Notes: a model not told the origin generated them from the letters alone. Numbered from the stretch's first letter, positions 48,786 to 60,126 are shown. The stretch: 64,000 bases of DNA from an uncultured Verrucomicrobiae bacterium (GCA_963707025.1 CAVPOM010000004.1:288001-352000), one strand, 5' to 3'. A program made the numbers and translations.

Positions 48786-50378
48786 ATGGCAAAGATTCAA
48801 CGCGCGCTCCTTTCCGTGTTCGACAAAACCGGGCTGATCCCCCTGGCCCAGGCGCTGGCCGCCGCGGGCATCGAGCTGATTTCCACCGGCGGCACGGCCA
48901 AGGCCCTGCGCGAGCAGGGCATCATGGTCAGCGATTTGAGCGCCTACACGGAGTTTCCCGAAATGATGGATGGCCGGGTCAAAACCCTGCATCCGCGCAT
49001 CCACGGGGGACTGCTCTACCTGCGGGGCAATCCGGGGCACGAAGCCGCCGCGCGCAAGCACGACATCAAACCGATTGACCTGGTGGTGGTGAACCTTTAT
49101 CCGTTCGAACAAACGGTGGCCCGGCCCGACGCGACCCTGGCCGAAGCGATGGAAAACATTGACATCGGCGGGCCGTCCATGTTGCGCAGCGCGGCCAAAA
49201 ACCACGAGAGCGTGACGGTGGTGATGGACCCGGCCGATTACGCCGAGGTGGCCGGGCAAATCAGCGCCGCCGGCAACACCACCCCGGAATTGCGCCAGCG
49301 TCTGGCCGTGCGCGCCTTTGCCCGCACCTCCGCCTACGACGGGCAGATCGCGGCGTTCCTGGGCAGGACCTTTGGCGTGGCGGCGGAGCCGGCCGGGGCG
49401 CTGGACGAAGCGGCCCCGCCGGCGGGGGGGCCGTGGCCGGCCCGCCTGCGCCTGGACCTGCCGCGGGCGCAGGGCTTGCGCTACGGGGAAAACCCGCACC
49501 AGCGGGCCGCGCTCTACGGGCGGTTTGGGGAATTTTTTGAGCAATTGCAGGGCAAGGAATTGTCCTACAACAATATACTTGACTTAACGGCGGCGGCGGG
49601 GCTGGCGGAGGAATTCGCCGGGGAGGCGCCGGCGCTGGTGATCCTCAAGCACACCAATCCTTGCGGAGCAGGGCAGGGGACCACCTTGCGCGAGGCCTGG
49701 GAGAAGGCGTTTGCCACGGACCGGCAGGCGCCCTTCGGCGGCGTCATCGCGGTGAACCAGGCGCTGGATTTGCCCTGCGCCGAGGCCATCGCGGAAATTT
49801 TCAGCGAGGTCATTGTCGCCCCGGATTTTGCCCCCGAGGCGCTGGAGTTGTTGCGGAAAAAGAAGAATCTGCGTTTGCTCCGGGTGCGGCAATGGCCGGG
49901 GGCGGGCCGCGCCTGGGAATTGCGCGGGGTGGGCGGGGATTCGGTGCTGGCGCAGGAATGCGACCGGCCTGGGGCGGCGGGCGAAGAGCTCAAGATCGTG
50001 ACGCGGCGGCAGCCCTCGGCGGAGGAGCGGCAGGCGATGCGGTTTGGCTGGCGGTTGGCCAAGCATGTCAAGTCCAACGCCATTGTCTATGCCGGGCCGG
50101 ACCGGACCCTGGGCGTCGGGGCCGGGCAGATGAGCCGGGTGGATGCCAGCCGGCTGGCGGTGTGGAAGGCCAAGGAGGCCGGTCTTTCCCTGGCGGGCAG
50201 CGCGGTGTGCAGCGACGCCTTTTTCCCCTTTGCCGACGGACTGGTGGCCGCGGCCGAAGCGGGCGCGACCGCCGCCATTCAGCCCGGCGGCTCGGTGCGC
50301 GACGCCGAAGTGATCGCGGCGGCGGATGAGCGGAACCTGGCCATGGCCTTTACCGGCGTGCGCCATTTCCGGCATTGA
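48786..50378 (+). CDS. purH: Bifunctional AICAR transformylase/IMP cyclohydrolase
   Basis: [37 protein letters not shown]. Confidence 0.97.
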   Translation: MAKIQRALLSVFDKTGLIPLAQALAAAGIELISTGGTAKALREQGIMVSDLSAYTEFPEMMDGRVKTLHPRIHGGLLYLRGNPGHEAAARKHDIKPIDLVVVNLYPFEQTVARPDATLAEAMENIDIGGPSMLRSAAKNHESVTVVMDPADYAEVAGQISAAGNTTPELRQRLAVRAFARTSAYDGQIAAFLGRTFGVAAEPAGALDEAAPPAGGPWPARLRLDLPRAQGLRYGENPHQRAALYGRFGEFFEQLQGKELSYNNILDLTAAAGLAEEFAGEAPALVILKHTNPCGAGQGTTLREAWEKAFATDRQAPFGGVIAVNQALDLPCAEAIAEIFSEVIVAPDFAPEALELLRKKKNLRLLRVRQWPGAGRAWELRGVGGDSVLAQECDRPGAAGEELKIVTRRQPSAEERQAMRFGWRLAKHVKSNAIVYAGPDRTLGVGAGQMSRVDASRLAVWKAKEAGLSLAGSAVCSDAFFPFADGLVAAAEAGATAAIQPGGSVRDAEVIAAADERNLAMAFTGVRHFRH

Positions 50379-50382
50379 AGAA

Positions 50383-50568
50383 TTACCGGACTTGTTGATT
50401 GGAGATGACCTCCGAAGGTGGCGGCTCCAGATATAAGTCAATGGCTTCCCGAACATTCTTGAGCGCCTCTTCGCGCGTCTTCCCTTGGGACCAGCAGCTT
50501 TTCAACGATGGACAATGCGCCACAAAGCAGCCATCCTCTCCCCGCTCAATGACAACCTTCATATTCAT
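50383..50568 (-). CDS. HicB-family antitoxin (no adjacent HicA)
   Basis: CPSLKSCWSQGKTREEALKNVREAI. Confidence 0.8.
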   Translation of the reverse strand: MNMKVVIERGEDGCFVAHCPSLKSCWSQGKTREEALKNVREAIDLYLEPPPSEVISNQQVR

Positions 50569-50639
50569 GGCACGAATCTCGCGCCGCCAATCCAGATTAT
50601 CCAGCATTTAAGAGTAGTCAGGGCCGCAGCCGGAGCGCG

Positions 50640-51026
50640 TCAGCGTATGAGGCGGTAGATGAGGACGACCTGACTGAGGCAGAGAAGAGCCAAGGCGGCC
50701 CAAGTGAGCCATTCGCACGGGCGCAGGCTGGATTGGCGGACCGGAGAGAGGGCGAATTGAATTTTGAGGGCGCCGATGGAAATGACATCGCCATTGCGCA
50801 GGACGGCCCGGTCAACTTGGACGCCGTTGACGGAGAGCAGGGCGTTGGGCTCGGCCTGGCAAACCAAATCCCGCCCCTGGCGCGTGATCTGGAAGTGGCG
50901 GGGCCAGACTCCCGGCTCTTCCAGGGACAGGTCCCCATCGGCCGCGCGGCCGACCAGCACGGGCAGGCGGGCGGCGGTGAATTGTCCGCCCGCTTTCTTC
51001 CCCGAGAGAATTTGGAGTTGGACCAT
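50640..51026 (-). CDS. FHA-domain membrane protein
   Basis: VGR...GVWPRH...VNG...LRNGDVISIG; C-terminal TM. Confidence 0.8.
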   Translation of the reverse strand: MVQLQILSGKKAGGQFTAARLPVLVGRAADGDLSLEEPGVWPRHFQITRQGRDLVCQAEPNALLSVNGVQVDRAVLRNGDVISIGALKIQFALSPVRQSSLRPCEWLTWAALALLCLSQVVLIYRLIR

Positions 51027-51073
51027 GGCAACCACCGCCGAGGGGTTGATGGCGTTGAGCCGGGTGCCGGCGG

Positions 51074-51724
51074 TTACCTTCCGAATAATGCTTCCCAAAA
51101 AGTCCGCTGATCCACGTAGATTTTGTCGCCCGGAAGAACTTCCAAATCCAAGGTTGGATCTTTCAGCGCTTTCTTGCAGTCCACATAGTAGATTTTTCCA
51201 TCCTGCCTGGTCACTTGGACTCTTCTTCTGGCCGCAAAGTCGTTGAAGCCGCCGGCCGCGCCAATGGCGCCCAGGAGCGTGACCTTGCCCGTATAAAGCT
51301 GCTTGCCGCTGCCGGTCTGATTGATGGCGCCGCTCACGTAATAATAGCGGGCGCCGGGAGTGACGGTGACGCTGATAATGGTGAAGACCTTGGGCACGTA
51401 GAGGTCGTGAATGATTTGCTCCAGCTCATGGGGAGTTTTGCCAATGGCCGGGATGTTGGTTTCGAGCAAGGGCAGGCTGATGTTGCCCGTGCCGTTGAGA
51501 CTCATAATGGACGGGGTTATGGGCTGGGGTGTGCCGGTCAAATCCACCTCGATGGTGTCCCCGTTTTGCAGTGGAATATCACCCAGTCTATTGGTGTCCG
51601 GCGGCGGCGGCGTTGCCGGAGGAGGGTGCTGGGGAGGGGTAGCACAGCCCGCCAGGACCAGAGTTGCGGCCGCCAACCCGGCGATCGCGATAAAATGCCG
51701 GACACTGCGTTGTAACAATCTCAT
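51074..51724 (-). CDS. Polysaccharide export lipoprotein (Wza/OPX-like)
   Basis: LAGC lipobox, GNISLPLL, GKTP, AAGGFNDFA, PGDKIYV. Confidence 0.88.
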   Translation of the reverse strand: MRLLQRSVRHFIAIAGLAAATLVLAGCATPPQHPPPATPPPPDTNRLGDIPLQNGDTIEVDLTGTPQPITPSIMSLNGTGNISLPLLETNIPAIGKTPHELEQIIHDLYVPKVFTIISVTVTPGARYYYVSGAINQTGSGKQLYTGKVTLLGAIGAAGGFNDFAARRRVQVTRQDGKIYYVDCKKALKDPTLDLEVLPGDKIYVDQRTFWEALFGR

Positions 51725-51757
51725 ACAGGTACAGTTGCGCCAGAAGGAAACCGGTTC

Positions 51758-53944
51758 TCAATACTTCTGTTTGATGTCAACCTTGGCCGCTTTGGCCGCA
51801 GCATCGCTGAGTTGGACCACGGTTGGTTCGCTTTTTGCCGAACGGTATTCGTATTCGTAGTAGCCGCTGTAATAGTAATAATTCTCATCCTGGCTCATGT
51901 TGATGTTGTTGAGCACCAGGCCCATGAGGTTGCCGCCGACTTTTTGGATCATCTGCTTGGCGCGCAGGGTCATGGGCTGCGGGTAACGCCGGTACTGAAT
52001 GACTTGCAGCACCATGTCCATTTCGCTGGCCAGGATGGAGGCGTCGCTGACGCCCAGGAGCGGGGGGGCATCGAAGAAGATGAAATCGTAACGGCGCTTG
52101 AGCTCGAGGATGATTTCCTTCATTTGCACGGAACCCAGGATGCTCATGGAACTGCTGGGCAGCTTGCCGCTGGGCAGAAAATCCAGGGTGGGCAGCTTGC
52201 TTTTCTGGATGGCTTGTTCGAGGGTGACCTGTTTGTTGAGGAGCAAATCGGTCAGCCCGGTGGCGTTGCTGGCGCGGAGCATCCGATGTATGCTGGGGCG
52301 GCGCAAGTCGGAATCCACCAGCAAGATGCGCTGGCCGTTCTGGGCAAAGACGGTGGCCAGGTTGAACAGGGTGGTGGTTTTGCCTTCGCCGGCCCCGCCG
52401 CTCAGGACGGTGATGGTCGTCCAGTCTTCATTTTTGCGGGCGAACAACAGATTGGTGCGCAAGACCCGGTAGGCCTCGGCGTGCGGGCTTTCCGGCCCGT
52501 CGTCCAGAACATTGCCCACGTTCTGGGGAATGACTCCCAGGACCGGGGCCTGCAGGGAGCGCTCCACGTCATCAATGGTCTTGACACTGGTGTCCAGGTA
52601 TTCGACGAAGAAGGCCATGCCCACCCCGACCAGCAGCCCCATGAGGATGCCGACCGGAATGATGACGAACGGTTTGGGGCTGACGGGGTGCTTGTCCACC
52701 CGGGCCGGGTCATGCACGATGACGGAGCGTTCGGTCGGCTGTTTGGCTTCCACCGCTTGTTCAATCTCCAGGCGGCTCAAATCATCCACCACGCGCTGGG
52801 TATTCTCCACCGAGCGCTTGAGCGAGACGTAGGCGCGGTTGGTGATGGCTTCCAAGTTGGCATTGGTCCGAGTGCGGCTTTCCTGCTCCTGAATTAAATC
52901 GAGCAAATGGCGGGCATGCTGGACGTAGGTGGTCAGACCGGTCATGATGCCATCAATTTTATGTTGATAAGCGTTGGTGGCATCATCCCAACCCTTTAGG
53001 GCAGCCTTGTACATGGGGTGAGTGGGGCCATAGCCCAGGTTTTGGGCTTGCGTGAATTCGTCCCTGGCCCGGGAGACATCCGTGGCCCGGATGGTCAACT
53101 CGGGGTCCAGGTCCCGAATGATGAACGTGCCCAGCGCCTCACGGAGCAGCCCGTTGGTCTGAAGGTACAACAGATTGGTCAGGGCATCGTAGTGGCTGTC
53201 GTAATCCTCCTGCGCGTCAATGCGGCGCATCTCCAGGGCGCGCAGCGTTTCCACCATAATCGAGACATTGGCCGTCGGATTATTCTCCATCTCCGTGAGG
53301 TTCAACTCGGCGCGCATTTGGTCCAATTTGGCTTCGTTGGTGGTCAAGGCGGCTTGATTGGTGCTCAGGGCCACTTTCAGGCTGTCAATGCCCCGGTTGC
53401 GATCGCCCAGCCAGGATTCCTTGCGGTATTCCTTATAGACCTCGGCAATTTTGTTGGCGATGTCCGCCGCCCATTTTGGGTCGGAATTTCTGACCGTGAT
53501 TTCAATCAAGCTGGTGCCGCGGGTCTGGTCAACCGAAACTCTTCTGGACAGAAAACCGTAAGCGTCGTCCAGGCTCCAGTCCGGATCGCCGGCTTGAAAC
53601 TGGTCGGCAAAAACATGCTGGAGATTGAGGTTGGTGATCACCGGGACCAGATTTGACCAGGAGGTGATGATGCGGAATTGGGTGGTCAGGTAGTAGGGAT
53701 CCCAGCTCTGCAGGCCGGACTGGCTCCCCATTCCGGGGATGGTCACCTCCGGAGCGTCTTTCTGGACCTCAATCCTGACGGTGCTGGAATACTGCCTGGG
53801 CAGCCAGACGGTCAAAGCCGCGCTGGAGAGGAAGCAGAGCAGGAAAACCGTCAGAATCAGGCTCTTGCGCAGCCGGATCACCCGCCAGTAGTCCAAAAAG
53901 TGGAGATTGGCCGCCGGGGTGTCGGTTGTCGCTGGGCTATCCAT
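51758..53944 (-). CDS. Polysaccharide co-polymerase tyrosine autokinase (Wzc-like)
   Basis: EAYRVLRTNL, GEGKT, DSDLRRP, DAPP, C-terminal Tyr cluster. Confidence 0.93.
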   Translation of the reverse strand: MDSPATTDTPAANLHFLDYWRVIRLRKSLILTVFLLCFLSSAALTVWLPRQYSSTVRIEVQKDAPEVTIPGMGSQSGLQSWDPYYLTTQFRIITSWSNLVPVITNLNLQHVFADQFQAGDPDWSLDDAYGFLSRRVSVDQTRGTSLIEITVRNSDPKWAADIANKIAEVYKEYRKESWLGDRNRGIDSLKVALSTNQAALTTNEAKLDQMRAELNLTEMENNPTANVSIMVETLRALEMRRIDAQEDYDSHYDALTNLLYLQTNGLLREALGTFIIRDLDPELTIRATDVSRARDEFTQAQNLGYGPTHPMYKAALKGWDDATNAYQHKIDGIMTGLTTYVQHARHLLDLIQEQESRTRTNANLEAITNRAYVSLKRSVENTQRVVDDLSRLEIEQAVEAKQPTERSVIVHDPARVDKHPVSPKPFVIIPVGILMGLLVGVGMAFFVEYLDTSVKTIDDVERSLQAPVLGVIPQNVGNVLDDGPESPHAEAYRVLRTNLLFARKNEDWTTITVLSGGAGEGKTTTLFNLATVFAQNGQRILLVDSDLRRPSIHRMLRASNATGLTDLLLNKQVTLEQAIQKSKLPTLDFLPSGKLPSSSMSILGSVQMKEIILELKRRYDFIFFDAPPLLGVSDASILASEMDMVLQVIQYRRYPQPMTLRAKQMIQKVGGNLMGLVLNNINMSQDENYYYYSGYYEYEYRSAKSEPTVVQLSDAAAKAAKVDIKQKY

Positions 53945-54016
53945 AATAAAAAAAGAAAGCTAGAGCGTACTCATGCGATACGTTCCAGCTTTCTGACCTA
54001 AAGCACGATTTTATGT

Positions 54017-55372
54017 TCAATAAGTGGCCCGGACTCCGATGTAAACCATGTTGCGCGTATAATCGCGCTCCGAAACATCGGAAACCAGTTTGTTCCAGTT
54101 GTAGCCGGCTTCCGCGTTGAAGTAGGGGTTGAATTTGTAGGTAAAGTTCATGCCCACGATGAAGAAGTCTTCCGATTGCCCATTAATGGTGCCCCCGTTG
54201 AAGACGGTGTGCTGGTACTGGCCCAACAGGGCGCCGGTCAAACCCCCGGCAATCTTTTGGTTCAACGACAGGTAAGCCGCCGTGTCTTCGGCGTCCAGGA
54301 CCGGTTCTCCCGCATTGGCCCCCGTGGTGGCCGGGAGGGCGCCGAGCACGTCGGTCGCGCTGTGTTGGTGCTTGACACCGCCCTGCAGGTAAGATTCCGG
54401 CATGTAGGTCCAGGTCAGGCTGGCGTCCACATAGGGGGAAAAGTCGGTCGCGCCCCCCGGCACGTTGTAATAATCCAAGTACTGGCCGCCCGCCCGGATG
54501 GAACCGTGCAGTTGGGAAGTAAATGCCTCGTCCGCCCCGACAAAAAAGAAATGGGTATCGTTGTTGCGGCTCTGGCTTAAAATATTGTTGGGATTGCCGA
54601 AGGATTGAAGCCCGGCCGCCCCGCTGAAAATAATCGGCTCCGAGCTGGAGTAACCGGTGTGCCCATAAGAATAGCCCAGGACGCCGGTCAGTTCGCTCAG
54701 GACATGCCAGTTCAGACTCAGCGTGGCCAGTTGCTCGATGCGATCCAAGACGGCGGAACGGCTGGGGTTAAGGACGGTCGTATTCACGCCGCCTGACATC
54801 GTGGTCGGGTTGTAAACGTCGCCGTAGGTTTGCTGATAGGCGTAAAGGTTGTTGGCGTAGCTCGCCTGCAAATCCAGCTTGGGGACCAGACCGGCAGTGA
54901 AGGTGAGCCCGCCGGTATTATGAATGTTGTTGCCGTCGGTGTACAACGGCGAAGAAATGATGCCCGTGTCAATGACCGTGGGTTCCTGGGCGATGACGAA
55001 CGAGTCGCTGGCCTCCAGGCTGTAGCGCTCGGTGAAGTTCTGTTTGAGGTCGCCGCTGAATTGGTGCGAGGAGTCCGAGGTGCTGGTCCTTGTATAGTAG
55101 CGCCAGTCATATATGTAACTAAGGTTGACCGTGGTGTCGTTGTAAGTGTGGTTCAGCGCGACCGAGGGACTCACCTCCGTGCCATAGCTGGAGACCGCCG
55201 ACCCGTTGTGCAGGGTCAGGTAGTTGTCGTCGTAAAAGCCGCGCAAGGTGAGCGCGGCCGACCAGCCGCGCGGGTTGGCCAACTCCTCGGGGGTGACACC
55301 GGGCGAATATTGGGCATGCAATGTTGACGCGCCGAGCGCGGCTAAACCAACAGAAGCGAAGAATTTTTTCAT
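54017..55372 (-). CDS. Outer-membrane beta-barrel associated with polysaccharide export
   Basis: Signal peptide, YDDN motif, amphipathic strands, ends YIGVRATY. Confidence 0.8.
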   Translation of the reverse strand: MKKFFASVGLAALGASTLHAQYSPGVTPEELANPRGWSAALTLRGFYDDNYLTLHNGSAVSSYGTEVSPSVALNHTYNDTTVNLSYIYDWRYYTRTSTSDSSHQFSGDLKQNFTERYSLEASDSFVIAQEPTVIDTGIISSPLYTDGNNIHNTGGLTFTAGLVPKLDLQASYANNLYAYQQTYGDVYNPTTMSGGVNTTVLNPSRSAVLDRIEQLATLSLNWHVLSELTGVLGYSYGHTGYSSSEPIIFSGAAGLQSFGNPNNILSQSRNNDTHFFFVGADEAFTSQLHGSIRAGGQYLDYYNVPGGATDFSPYVDASLTWTYMPESYLQGGVKHQHSATDVLGALPATTGANAGEPVLDAEDTAAYLSLNQKIAGGLTGALLGQYQHTVFNGGTINGQSEDFFIVGMNFTYKFNPYFNAEAGYNWNKLVSDVSERDYTRNMVYIGVRATY

Positions 55373-55496
55373 AAAATATTTTGTTGTGCTACCCTCACAT
55401 GCACAAAGCGCGTCTCTCCGTGCCTTGTCCATTTATGGTGTTCTATGTGTACCGGCCATTATTGTCAAAGGAAAAGTTAATTATTTTTAAAACTTT

Positions 55497-57386
55497 TTAT
55501 CGTTTCGGGGTTGGCTGGGGCGTTGACTGCCAGCGATTTCGGTCACTAATGAACAATTCGGCCGGGAGTGGGTCTAATACGACCTTTTGCAGCGGAAAAC
55601 CGGTGGGAACCTGTCCATGCACCCAGAATGGTCCCGGATCCTCCCCCGACAGCGGCACCCCCCATTTTGTCGGATCGGGCAGGCAGTCCAGATAAAAATA
55701 ACCCCAATCCCGTTGATTGGCAATCATTTGCGACAGGAACCGGCGGTCGCTCGTCCGCTGCGTCAGAAAAATCGCCCGCACCGGCTTGAGCTTGGCCATT
55801 TCTCGATACGTTTCCGAGTCATCCGCATTGGTGGCGCTTTCAGGCGCCCAGCCCACTCCCAGCGTCAGCCAGGCGCAGGGACGCGCCCCATACCACGCCA
55901 CCGCCCATGGAATATCGCTCATCATCAGCTCATCCGGCTCCATCATGCCGGCGAAGTCCTGAATATTCTTGGGCGTATAGGCCGGGAGCGCCGCCATTTT
56001 GGCCGGTCCCAGCAGAGTCAACAGCAGGGGCGCGCACATGACCAGCACAAAAAGTCCCGCCCCGGCCCGGCGGGCCTGGGGAGCCTCGGCGGGGACCAAG
56101 TGATCCAGCAGGGTGAAAAAGACCCCGGCGCCAAAGATCAAAACCAGCGGAGCCAGCACCACCAGCAGGTTTTCGGAATTTATCTCGGGCGAATCGGCGC
56201 TGAGATGCGTCTGGCAGGCCGCCTGGACCACCGCCATCAGGGCCAGCGACCAGAGCAGAAAAAGCCGCAATCGTTGCAGGGCCGGATTGCGAAAGGGCAG
56301 GAGCAGGCCGCATAGGAAAAAAGCGGAAACCCAATTGCCGCCGAGACGGGGCAGGTCGTTTTTCAGGATTTCGCCCTCATTGAGGAGGAATTTGTCCAAG
56401 ACCTCCCGCGGCGTGACATGGCTCAGGGCGGCGGCGGGATGAAAGGAGCGTTCCAGAAAGTCGCCGGGAAGGCGCGGGGTGTTTTCCACCAGCGCGTAGC
56501 CGCCGGTGCCGAAGCAGGTTTGACTGAGCGCCAGGTTGCGCGCGATCCAGGGCGTCATCACGCCCAGAAAGGCCACTGCGGCGCAGAGAACCAATTTGCC
56601 GCGGGCGCGGGAGAAGAACAGGCGCAGGAAAATCAGGACGGGAATGATCATCCAGGCAAACGAATACCGGCTCAATCCGCCCAGGCCCACCAGGGCGCCG
56701 GCGGCGGCGGCCAGGGCCAGGGAACCGCCCAGGCGCGGCGGCACCGGGCGGCGCTCGCGTTCTTCCAGCAAAACCAATCCCCAAACCAAACCCAGGAAGA
56801 TCAGCACCAGCCAGAGGGTGGACAGCCCGGAAGCGCTGAATTTCCAGAACAGCTCCGTGCCGGCGAAAACGACGGCCGACAGCCAGGCCACCGCCGGATC
56901 AAACAGCCGCCGGGCCACTTGAAACAGGATGAGGACGGCCCCAAAAAAGAGCAGTTCATTGACGGCCCGGATCAAAAATTCGGGCTGATAGAACCAGGCC
57001 TGGTTTCGATTCGCGCTGAATCGGAAGGGGAGAATCTTCATCAGGCCGGCCAGGAGCAGCGGGTAGCCGGGCGGATTGCTCAAATCCGGCACCGGCTGTT
57101 GCAGCACTTGCTGGGCCTTGGCCGGATCGCTTTGTTGCAGCAGGTGCAGGCAGAAGGGGCGGATCGAATCGGTCGTATAGCCTCTGCCCTCGGCCAACTG
57201 CCGGGCCAGATGCGCCGACTCCATCGCTTCCTGCGTGGAAAAACCTTCAAATCGGGTGAAATTGAAGAACACCGCCAGCGCGCAGAACCCCAGCACCACA
57301 CTGGTGCGCAGGAGGATGGCGGCTCCCAGGCCCGACTCCATGGACGTTATAAATCCCTGCACGCGCTCATAAACTGGTTTTGGCAT
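55497..57386 (-). CDS. GT-C fold (GT39/ArnT-like) membrane glycosyltransferase
   Basis: Multi-TM, PPGYPLLLA, PWIARN, MMSDIPWAVAWY. Confidence 0.7.
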   Translation of the reverse strand: MPKPVYERVQGFITSMESGLGAAILLRTSVVLGFCALAVFFNFTRFEGFSTQEAMESAHLARQLAEGRGYTTDSIRPFCLHLLQQSDPAKAQQVLQQPVPDLSNPPGYPLLLAGLMKILPFRFSANRNQAWFYQPEFLIRAVNELLFFGAVLILFQVARRLFDPAVAWLSAVVFAGTELFWKFSASGLSTLWLVLIFLGLVWGLVLLEERERRPVPPRLGGSLALAAAAGALVGLGGLSRYSFAWMIIPVLIFLRLFFSRARGKLVLCAAVAFLGVMTPWIARNLALSQTCFGTGGYALVENTPRLPGDFLERSFHPAAALSHVTPREVLDKFLLNEGEILKNDLPRLGGNWVSAFFLCGLLLPFRNPALQRLRLFLLWSLALMAVVQAACQTHLSADSPEINSENLLVVLAPLVLIFGAGVFFTLLDHLVPAEAPQARRAGAGLFVLVMCAPLLLTLLGPAKMAALPAYTPKNIQDFAGMMEPDELMMSDIPWAVAWYGARPCAWLTLGVGWAPESATNADDSETYREMAKLKPVRAIFLTQRTSDRRFLSQMIANQRDWGYFYLDCLPDPTKWGVPLSGEDPGPFWVHGQVPTGFPLQKVVLDPLPAELFISDRNRWQSTPQPTPKR

Positions 57387-58766
57387 TCAAAAACCTTCCA
57401 GATGGTAGAAGTGGAGTTTGCGGTGCAGCGTGCGCCGGCTCATCCCCAGTTTTGCCGCGGCGAGGGTGCGGTTGCCGCCGCCATCCTTGAGAGCGCGCAC
57501 GATCAATTGTTTCTCGGCTTCCGCCACTGTCAGGTCCGGGTGGGCCAGCCAGCGGGCCGATCCGGCCGCCGGGCCGCTTGCCCGCAACGGGGCGGGCCAG
57601 TCGCGCAGGCTGATCCGGTCCCCGCGCGTCAGGACCACGGCGTGTTCGACGGCGGTGCGCAGTTCGCGCACATTGCCGGGCCAGGCATAGTTCATGAGGG
57701 CTTCGAGGGCGTCGGGGGTGAAATCGTTCACCTTTTTATTATTCTCCGCGGCGAATTCCCGCAGGAAGACCTGGGCCAGCAGCGGGATGTCCTCGGGCCG
57801 CTGGCGCAAAGGGGGCAGGGTGATCTCGACGACCCGCAGCCGAAAATAAAGGTCCTCGCGGAATTTTCCGGTCTTGACTTCGTCCTGCAGGTTTTTGTTG
57901 GTGGCGGCGATCAGGCGCACGTCGGCGCTCAAGGTTTTGTTGGAGCCGACCCGCTCGAAGGTCCGTTCCCCCAGGAAGCGCAGCAGTTTGACCTGGACCG
58001 AGGCGTCAATTTCCCCGATTTCATCCAGGAACAGCGTCCCCCCCTGGGCCTGCTCGAAGCGGCCGATCCGCTTCTCATGCGCCCCGGTGAAGGCGCCTTT
58101 CTCGTGCCCGAAAAGCTCGCTCTCCAAAAGCGTGGGCGACAGCGCGGCGCAATGCACGCTGACCATGGGCTGGGCGGCGCGCGGGCTGAGTTGATGAATG
58201 GCGCGGGCCATCAGTTCCTTGCCCGTGCCGCTTTCGCCCAGGAGCAGGATGCTGGCGCGGGTCGGGGCGACTTGCCGGACCATGTCCGCGGCCTCTTTCA
58301 TCGCGGGGGACTCGGCCACGATGTTCTCCAGGCCGAACTTGGCGCTGAGTTGCTGGCGCAGGGCCGCGTTTTCCACTTCCAGATTTTGCTGGCGCAAGGC
58401 GCGGCCGATGCGCATTTCCAGTTCGTCAATCTGCAACCGGCCCTTGGCCACGTAGTCGTCCGCCCCCTCTTTCATGGCTTGGACGGCCAATTCCTCCGAC
58501 CCATACGCCGTCATCAAGATACACACCGGCGGGTGCGCCAGGGATTTGGCGCGCAGGATTAACTTCATCCCGTCCTCCCGCGGCAGGCGAAAATCCGTCA
58601 GCAACACCTGGAAGTTTTCCGCCTCCAACAGCGTGGTGGCCCCCTTGGCGTCCTCCGCCAGCCACACCTCGTAATGGCCCTCCAGCGCCGCCCGCAAGCC
58701 CTCCCGGGTCGGCTTCTCGTCGTCCACAATCAGCAGGCGCGGCTTGGTTTCAATTTTCGGGTTCAA
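57387..58766 (-). CDS. Sigma-54-dependent response regulator (NtrC family)
   Basis: Receiver VDDE, GESGTGKE, GAFTGA, WPGNVREL, Fis HTH; TTG start uncertain. Confidence 0.93.
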   Translation of the reverse strand: MNPKIETKPRLLIVDDEKPTREGLRAALEGHYEVWLAEDAKGATTLLEAENFQVLLTDFRLPREDGMKLILRAKSLAHPPVCILMTAYGSEELAVQAMKEGADDYVAKGRLQIDELEMRIGRALRQQNLEVENAALRQQLSAKFGLENIVAESPAMKEAADMVRQVAPTRASILLLGESGTGKELMARAIHQLSPRAAQPMVSVHCAALSPTLLESELFGHEKGAFTGAHEKRIGRFEQAQGGTLFLDEIGEIDASVQVKLLRFLGERTFERVGSNKTLSADVRLIAATNKNLQDEVKTGKFREDLYFRLRVVEITLPPLRQRPEDIPLLAQVFLREFAAENNKKVNDFTPDALEALMNYAWPGNVRELRTAVEHAVVLTRGDRISLRDWPAPLRASGPAAGSARWLAHPDLTVAEAEKQLIVRALKDGGGNRTLAAAKLGMSRRTLHRKLHFYHLEGF

Positions 58767-58786
58767 GTGTTGGCAAATGGAAAAAG

Positions 58787-60012
58787 TCAGCGCAGCAGTT
58801 TTTGCTGCTTCTCCCGCCGCGGCAGCCAGATGCGGAAAGTCGTCCCCTGGCCGACGCGGCTCTCCAGCTCGATATGCCCGCCGTGCTGCCGGACGATGCG
58901 TTGCACGATCATCAAGCCCAGCCCGGTCCCCTTCTTCTTGGTCGTGTAAAACGGCTCGAAGATCAGATTGACTTGATCGGGGGCAATGCCTCCCCCGGTG
59001 TCGGCCACGCTCACCCACACTTCCTCCGTGTTCTGCCCGGTCTCGACAGTGAGCGTGCCGCCGGGGGCCATGGATTGCATGGCGTTTTTGATCAGGTTGA
59101 CCAGCGCCTGTTTGATCTGGTTCGCATCCAGCGGCGCGGGCGGCAGACGCGGGGCCAGCTTCTCCTTCACATTCAGCCGGCGATTGTCCAGCTCGGGGCG
59201 CAGCAACTCCAGCGTCTCCCGCGCCACCTCGTTGAGCGAGGCGTCCGAGAATTTGGGCGCCGACGGGCGGATGGCCTGGAGAAACTGGGTGACGATGTAA
59301 TCCAGCCGCGTGATCTCCCCCTTGGCCACCTCCAGATAATGTTCGATCTTCTGCGCCGCCTCGGCCGCGTCCCCCTCCGCCGCCGGGCCGGGGCGGGAAA
59401 GGCCGCGCGCCGGGGCGGCCGGGGCGGCCGGGCGCAGCTTCTTGACTTCGCGGCTCATCAACTGGAGATGAATGTGCAGGGCGTTGAGAGGATTGCCGAT
59501 TTCGTGGGCCACGCTGGCCGCCAGCAACGTCAGGGAATGAATCCGCTCGCTCTCGATGGCTTCAAACGTCTTCTGCCGCGCCTCGGTGGCGTCGTGCAAA
59601 ATCAGCGCCAGGCCCGAGCCGCCGCGCGCTTCCCCGTCCAGCGGCGCGGCGTAAAGGCGCAGGAACTTCGGGCGCGGATAGCTCAGCTCAAACTCGTGCC
59701 GGGCCACGCGCGGCCCGCCTTCGGCCAGCCGGGCCCGATGCTTTTCCAATCCAATTCCGGCAGAAAGTCGGTGATCGGCCGGCCTTCCACCTCCTCGGGC
59801 AGCCCGGCCAGCAGTTGCCGGACGGCGTGGTTGAAATAGATGACCCGGCCCTGTTCATCCAGCACCAGCACCCCGTCCTCGATGGCATTGAACAAGGTCT
59901 CCAGAAAATGGCGCTCCCGCGCCAGCCGTTGCACGACCGTTTGCAGACCTTCGGCATCCAGCCGCCCGATGCGGCCCAGCACCTTGTCCAGAAAACTCGA
60001 TTTCGACGCCAT
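58787..60012 (-). CDS. PAS sensor histidine kinase, frameshifted near 59735
   Basis: PAS start in ORF 59683-60012; HEIGNPL, NLIKNA, DTGGG, GTGLGL in ORF 58787-59749. Confidence 0.9.
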
Positions 60013-60126
60013 TTTTATCGCGGGACATTATGGCACAGCCCTGGGTGAAGTGGGAATGAAAAAGTAAAAATGCTGAACGATAACAAGGTTGGACATTCCT
60101 TGTTATTCATGGTAGCCTTCCAAATT

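Noticed and set aside
53994..54021. dif site (TTATGTTCAAT resembles a XerD arm)
   Set aside because: There is no XerC-like arm ending in ATAA at 6-bp spacing, and it overlaps a stop codon.
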